From the IMG/VR virus record IMGVR_UViG_3300042191_000222, positions 1 to 38,977 of that record: a DNA stretch of 38,977 nucleotides. One strand, given 5' to 3'. The translations under genes and the position numbers were made by a program. A model generated the notes under the pieces. That model saw nothing but the letters and a program-made list of their open reading frames with translations. It was not told the DNA's origin and did no database searches. Below are positions 35,238 to 38,977 of the stretch, in pieces; position 1 is the first letter of the stretch, and each line of letters begins with the position of its first letter. This DNA comes from a virus. Taxonomy: Duplodnaviria; Caudoviricetes.

Positions 35238-35528
35238 ATGGAAGTCATGGTTGGTGTCTGTCTGGCGTCGATAGCTGTGATCCTGACAGCCGCTGTTTTT
35301 GCGCTTTGGTCGATTGTTAACTCGTTGAAGTGCATAGACAATCGGCTCGCCGAGCTGGTTGCCGCTGCCAAGGATAAGAAGCCCGCGTCGTTGAGCATCA
35401 GCCACGATCCTGCCGCGATCAACACGGTTTCTCGCGAGATCTACGAGCTGCGGAAGTTCCTGGCCGCTACCGAAGACAAGCGGGAACGTAAGGCGTCGCT
35501 TCGTAGCAAACGGGGCAACGTGGGATAG
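35238..35528 (+). CDS. N-terminally membrane-anchored protein
   Basis: GGAG SD; TM helix followed by a helical, charged region. Confidence 0.7.
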   Translation: MEVMVGVCLASIAVILTAAVFALWSIVNSLKCIDNRLAELVAAAKDKKPASLSISHDPAAINTVSREIYELRKFLAATEDKRERKASLRSKRGNVG

Positions 35529-35537
35529 CGTGGCGTG

Positions 35538-36512
35538 ATGGGTGAGCACGTTTGTGAAGTCAACGATATTTTGGTGAACTCTTGTCGTCCGTGGCTTGGT
35601 GCTCGGGCTGCCGGGTATCCGCAGGTCGGCAAGAAGTTCGATGCGCAACACCGGTATCACGAGCAGCGGATTGGTCGCAAGCTCGATATGGTTCACGCTT
35701 TCGCTTCGGCTCGCGAGTTGCCGTTCACTGATTCTGGTGTCGTCGACTGGACCACGCAACGTGAATCCATTATGGTCCATAACTGGAAACCGGCGAGGTT
35801 GTGGCGCGATGCGGCAGGAAACACTGCCGAGGTCAACACGCGGATCGATACGGCAGCCAGGATTATCAAACAGTTGGCTCCGGTCAAAGTGATGATCGTC
35901 ATTCACCATGAACCCGAGAACGACGTATCAACCGATCCCGGTACCAGGCACGAGAGCCATGACTCGTCGGGCTCTGCGGCACAGTACCGGATGATGTGGG
36001 CCAACATCCGGACTCGGTTCGACAATCTGGGTGTCGACAACGTCGTATGGGCGATGGCATACATGAACTACCCTAAATGGAACGACTTGGTTCCGCAGTT
36101 GTATCCCGGAGACGATCTTGTCGATTGGATCATGTTCAACGGATATGGTTCGCATACTCGTCCGGATCTGTCGGCCAACATCAACGGGTTCCTGGGTCTG
36201 TTGGAGCAGTACTCCACGCCGGGCCAGCAGATGTTGACCGATAAACCATTGGGGATCATCGAATGGGGTATCTCCAAAGTAGATCCAGAGGTGGCGGTTT
36301 CGTACTTCGACCAGGCCACCGAAATCCTCGACAATGACCGGTTCCCGCAGATCAAAGCGTGGATGGTGTTCGACTCTCCTGGCACCCACGCCGATAAGGG
36401 CCTGCGCCTGGGCTATGACGATAACGGCGACCCGTTTCCGCAGAAGATGGCCGCCTACGAGCAGTTCGCCATGCACACCAAGTTCTCGTGCCCACTAAAG
36501 GACAGCCAATGA
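35538..36512 (+). CDS. GH26-like (clan GH-A) glycoside hydrolase
   Basis: HHEPEN acid/base motif, LYPGDD.VDWI...GY, KP..I.EWG nucleophile motif and FPQIKA...FD. Confidence 0.85.
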   Translation: MGEHVCEVNDILVNSCRPWLGARAAGYPQVGKKFDAQHRYHEQRIGRKLDMVHAFASARELPFTDSGVVDWTTQRESIMVHNWKPARLWRDAAGNTAEVNTRIDTAARIIKQLAPVKVMIVIHHEPENDVSTDPGTRHESHDSSGSAAQYRMMWANIRTRFDNLGVDNVVWAMAYMNYPKWNDLVPQLYPGDDLVDWIMFNGYGSHTRPDLSANINGFLGLLEQYSTPGQQMLTDKPLGIIEWGISKVDPEVAVSYFDQATEILDNDRFPQIKAWMVFDSPGTHADKGLRLGYDDNGDPFPQKMAAYEQFAMHTKFSCPLKDSQ

Positions 36513-36727
36513 TCGAGGTCGGCGACGACGCCGTGTACTGGCGTCAAGGACGTAAGAACGGCCGCAACATTTACCGGCACGCCAATGGCGACCAGAGCGG
36601 AGAACACGTGGCGGTGGCTTTTGAGCCGTTGACGGCGGCAGCCATTTGTGCTGCCATGAACGAGCTGCTTAAGGACCGCCACAGCAAAGACTGGTCACTG
36701 GAAGATATTGAAACGGAGAACACGTGA
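36509..36727 (+). CDS. small phage protein (WR.GRK.GR.IY motif)
   Basis: ATGA overlap; AAGGA SD. Confidence 0.7.
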   Translation: MIEVGDDAVYWRQGRKNGRNIYRHANGDQSGEHVAVAFEPLTAAAICAAMNELLKDRHSKDWSLEDIETENT

Positions 36728-36963
36728 CACCCACATGGTTGGCGAACATAGCCCTGCACGAATTTACGGCCGGTATTCACCGGCGGGTCCACCCGGAGTC
36801 GGCTTACGACCATTGTGGGGCAGCTACGGCGGAGGCGTTCGATCGGTGGTGCCTGCGTCAGCGCAGCCACTCCGGTGACCATTCGGCGGTCGCCAAGACC
36901 GCTGCCGGGATGGACAGGATCGCTGCGGCCCACGAGAAGGCCGGTAAGGTAGCCGCCGCTTAA
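36724..36963 (+). CDS. hypothetical protein
   Basis: GTGA overlap; GGAG SD. Confidence 0.6.
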   Translation: MTPTWLANIALHEFTAGIHRRVHPESAYDHCGAATAEAFDRWCLRQRSHSGDHSAVAKTAAGMDRIAAAHEKAGKVAAA

Positions 36964-37029
36964 TCATTGCAGGAACTGCTTGGGGACCGTCCCGATATGT
37001 AGTCAAGCAGCGGCTACCGGCCACCGATC

Positions 37030-37326
37030 TTACTGTGGGTTGTTGATCGATTCCATCAATCGCGTCAAACTGGCCTCAACATCCAAGTCGCCTTGGTGTC
37101 GTGCCAACGCGGCCGTCGATTTCGTTAGTGACGTATCCAGCAGGTCGATCGCCTGGCGCGTTTCGTCGCTCGCCGGTAGCACTTTGACCAGCGCAGTCAT
37201 GAGACTGAAGTAGTGGTACCGCACTTCGTCCATGACTTTCTCGGTTTCGGGGCTGACGGTGTGCAGCAGGGCACGGCGTTTGATGTCGTCTTCGGTGATG
37301 CGCTGGGGGTGTTGTGGTGTTTCCAT
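37030..37326 (-). CDS. Acb2/Tad1-like helical hairpin protein (candidate immune-signal sponge)
   Basis: DI.RR...H.......M..VR.....L......LP.S.E...AI..L..S.....AA.AR pattern; AGGAG SD. Confidence 0.55.
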   Translation of the reverse strand: METPQHPQRITEDDIKRRALLHTVSPETEKVMDEVRYHYFSLMTALVKVLPASDETRQAIDLLDTSLTKSTAALARHQGDLDVEASLTRLMESINNPQ

Positions 37327-37365
37327 GGGGTTCTCCTGCCCGTAGTGGTTGCGGACAAGCGTATG

Positions 37366-37403
37366 CCAGGTGCGGCGGCTGACCGATCGGCCGCCGCACC
37401 TGG
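37366..37403 (-). terminator. long hairpin after the lipoprotein gene
   Basis: CCAGGTGCGGCGGC pairs with GCCGCCGCACCTGG (14-bp perfect core). Confidence 0.65.
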
Positions 37404-37406
37404 TGT

Positions 37407-38006
37407 TTAATCTTCGCTACTAGAAGACGGCTCTGAGTCCTCAATGTATTGGAGGGTAAGGGTGTCTTCGTTGATTTTCATTGGCGCGTCCGTCAGCAGG
37501 TAAGTCCCCGCCCAGGTGACCATGACGCCGTCGGTGGTGAAAAAGAAAATACCGGGCTCGTTGGGTCCATACGAGCCGTCGTCGCCGGGACCGGTAGTAA
37601 CCAACGGTTCGGAGCATGCTGCCCCTTCGTCGCATTTGCGGGTCAACAGATCCTGGGCCAGCATCTGCGACGAGTTCGACGACACTTTCCCCTTGATCGT
37701 GTAGTACGCGTGTAGGCCCCCCATATCTGACAGCAGGTAGATGTAGGAGATCTTGTCCGGGTCGTTGTACCGCAGCAACCGTTCACGCAGGTTCTCCCGC
37801 TCCAGCGAACCGGTCATTTCTTCCAGTGGATACGGGACGGCCTCTTCCTGCTGGCCGAACGCCTCCTCCGTCAGAGCCTGGTTTTTCTCCTGCACCGGGC
37901 TGGCGCTGACGCACGCCGTCACACCAGCGGTCAACAGCGCCCCGACTGTTATCGCCGCCACTGTTCGAATAAGTCCAGCTTTGGTAATTTCAATGCTAAT
38001 TTTCAT
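37407..38006 (-). CDS. conserved phage lipoprotein
   Basis: Lipobox VTAC; SLERENL, YIYLLS, IKGKVSS and DGSYG.NE.GIFFFT motifs. Confidence 0.8.
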   Translation of the reverse strand: MKISIEITKAGLIRTVAAITVGALLTAGVTACVSASPVQEKNQALTEEAFGQQEEAVPYPLEEMTGSLERENLRERLLRYNDPDKISYIYLLSDMGGLHAYYTIKGKVSSNSSQMLAQDLLTRKCDEGAACSEPLVTTGPGDDGSYGPNEPGIFFFTTDGVMVTWAGTYLLTDAPMKINEDTLTLQYIEDSEPSSSSED

Positions 38007-38455
38007 GCGACGGGTTCATCTTCCTGACAGTCGGTAGCCGGATCGGTGTCATCGATACGTGTTGGGAGTTGTTCGTCGAGGTAGTCGCGAGATGTGACTT
38101 TCTTGACTTCGGCGTTGTATTCGCCGACCAAGCCCGTGCAGTACGCCTTCAGGCCCGTGTAGTTGGTGGCGTAGAAATCGTCGCCGGGATTGTCGGCCTT
38201 GTCGACGGCGGCCTGTTGCAGGTTATCGTCCGATGCCTGGATCTCCTCGTAGGTCTCCCAGAACCATTCTTGCGACTGGATTCGGTTCTCGACATCGTTG
38301 ACGGCCTTATGTTCGTCGGCCGCGCCCTTAGGTTCGGACAGTAGTACGCCACCTACATACCAGATACCAGCCAGGACCGCGACTATGCACAGACCTAGGA
38401 AGCCGACGAATGCGATGTTTGTTGCAGATTTGACGGCCAAACGTTTGGGTATCAC
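38003..38455 (-). CDS. membrane-anchored phage protein paired with the lipoprotein
   Basis: GAGGAG SD (start 38455 or 38458); N-terminal TM helix; C...V.EYNA motif; ATGA overlap. Confidence 0.75.
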   Translation of the reverse strand: MIPKRLAVKSATNIAFVGFLGLCIVAVLAGIWYVGGVLLSEPKGAADEHKAVNDVENRIQSQEWFWETYEEIQASDDNLQQAAVDKADNPGDDFYATNYTGLKAYCTGLVGEYNAEVKKVTSRDYLDEQLPTRIDDTDPATDCQEDEPVA

Positions 38456-38609
38456 CAATAGTTCTCCTCGTGTATAGCGTTTCTGAACCCCGCGCGGCGG
38501 GCATACGCCAGCCACATACGGACAGGGGGTTGGACTGGGGCGTGGCCGATGATTCTACGCCCGGCCGACGCGCCCGGTTAATCAGTCGCGGTTGCCACGC
38601 GGGGGTGTG

Positions 38610-38615
38610 TAAGGT
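38610..38615 (+). promoter_or_regulatory. candidate -10 box for the Y RNA transcript
   Basis: TAAGGT (TANNNT) about 10 nt before the first paired base of RNA 1. Confidence 0.35.
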
Positions 38616-38625
38616 GATGCCTGTT

Positions 38626-38763
38626 GCACTTCCCGGTGCGAAAGCTGGGGATACTTCTCCTTTTAAGAGACTGGTATTGGTTCGAATCCAATGGGCCAAC
38701 TTGTTGGCTCTAGCTCAACGGCAGAGCAGTAACGTGCCTCGGCTACTTATTCTCGGGAAGTGC
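38626..38763 (+). ncRNA. yrlA: YrlA-like Y RNA 1 (circularly permuted tRNA mimic, UUU anticodon-like loop)
   Basis: Closing stem GCACTTCCCG/CGGGAAGTGC with a GGTGCGAA motif. Then T arm ATTGG-TTCGAAT-CCAAT, looped acceptor stem, and D arm TA-GCTC-AACGGCA-GAGC. Confidence 0.8.
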
Positions 38764-38770
38764 TACATGT

Positions 38771-38926
38771 GCCGTCAGGGCACACGGTGCGCAGACTGGG
38801 GCTACTTCTGCTTAGGACAGAGAGGTCGCCGGTTCGAATCCGGTAAACCAGCTCCGGCTGGTTTTAGCTCAGTTTGGGAGAGCGCTTACGTACCTCGGTC
38901 GACTATTTCTCGGGTTCCCTGACGGC
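38771..38926 (+). ncRNA. yrlA: YrlA-like Y RNA 2 (circularly permuted tRNA mimic, UAG anticodon-like loop)
   Basis: Closing stem GCCGTCAGGG/CCCTGACGGC with a GGTGCGCA motif. Then T arm GCCGG-TTCGAAT-CCGGT, acceptor AAACCAGC-TCCG-GCTGGTTT, and D arm TA-GCTC-AGTTTGGGA-GAGC. Confidence 0.8.
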
Positions 38927-38967
38927 TCATGTGGCACTTACCGACATCCACGGTAAGGAGACCCATC

Positions 38968-38977
38968 ATGGCGAAAT
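38968..38977 (+). CDS. 5' end of a gene (MAK...), possibly Ro60/Rsr TROVE-domain protein
   Basis: TAAGGAG SD then ATG GCG AAA T. Identity is inferred only from adjacency to Y RNAs. Confidence 0.45.

Noticed and set aside
38676-38883. Ordinary tRNA genes or att-site tRNA fragments
   Set aside because: The T arm precedes the D arm in both units, the acceptor stems are closed by loops and there is no CCA. D arm 1 and T arm 2 are too far apart and their acceptor strands do not pair.
38328-38922. ORFs 38328..38699(-) and 38470..38922(+)
   Set aside because: They overlap the structured RNAs and the divergent promoter region and show no protein-like features.

Overview
This GC-rich window is most of an actinobacterial tailed phage or prophage, probably from a filamentous actinomycete. 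It holds a complete siphovirus morphogenesis region: terS, terL, portal, maturation protease, two capsid-type proteins, a PKD-decorated tail tube, Ig/Fn3 proteins, head-tail proteins, chaperones, tape measure and tail tip (1380-28829). Small reverse-strand genes are inserted among these. Next come a parA-type partition module with a palindromic repeat array (suggesting a phage-plasmid lifestyle) and an accessory arm. That arm encodes an SSI protease inhibitor, an XRE-DUF5753/DUF397 (WhiJ-like) cassette, a GH26-like hydrolase, an Acb2/Tad1-like small protein and a lipoprotein pair. The most striking element is at the right end: two tandem Y RNA (YrlA)-like genes. Each is a circularly permuted tRNA that keeps a full anticodon arm (UUU and UAG), and they sit just upstream of a truncated gene starting MAK, plausibly Ro60/Rsr. 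I saw no integrase, endolysin or replication gene in this window. All protein calls come from motif recognition by eye; no searches were run.
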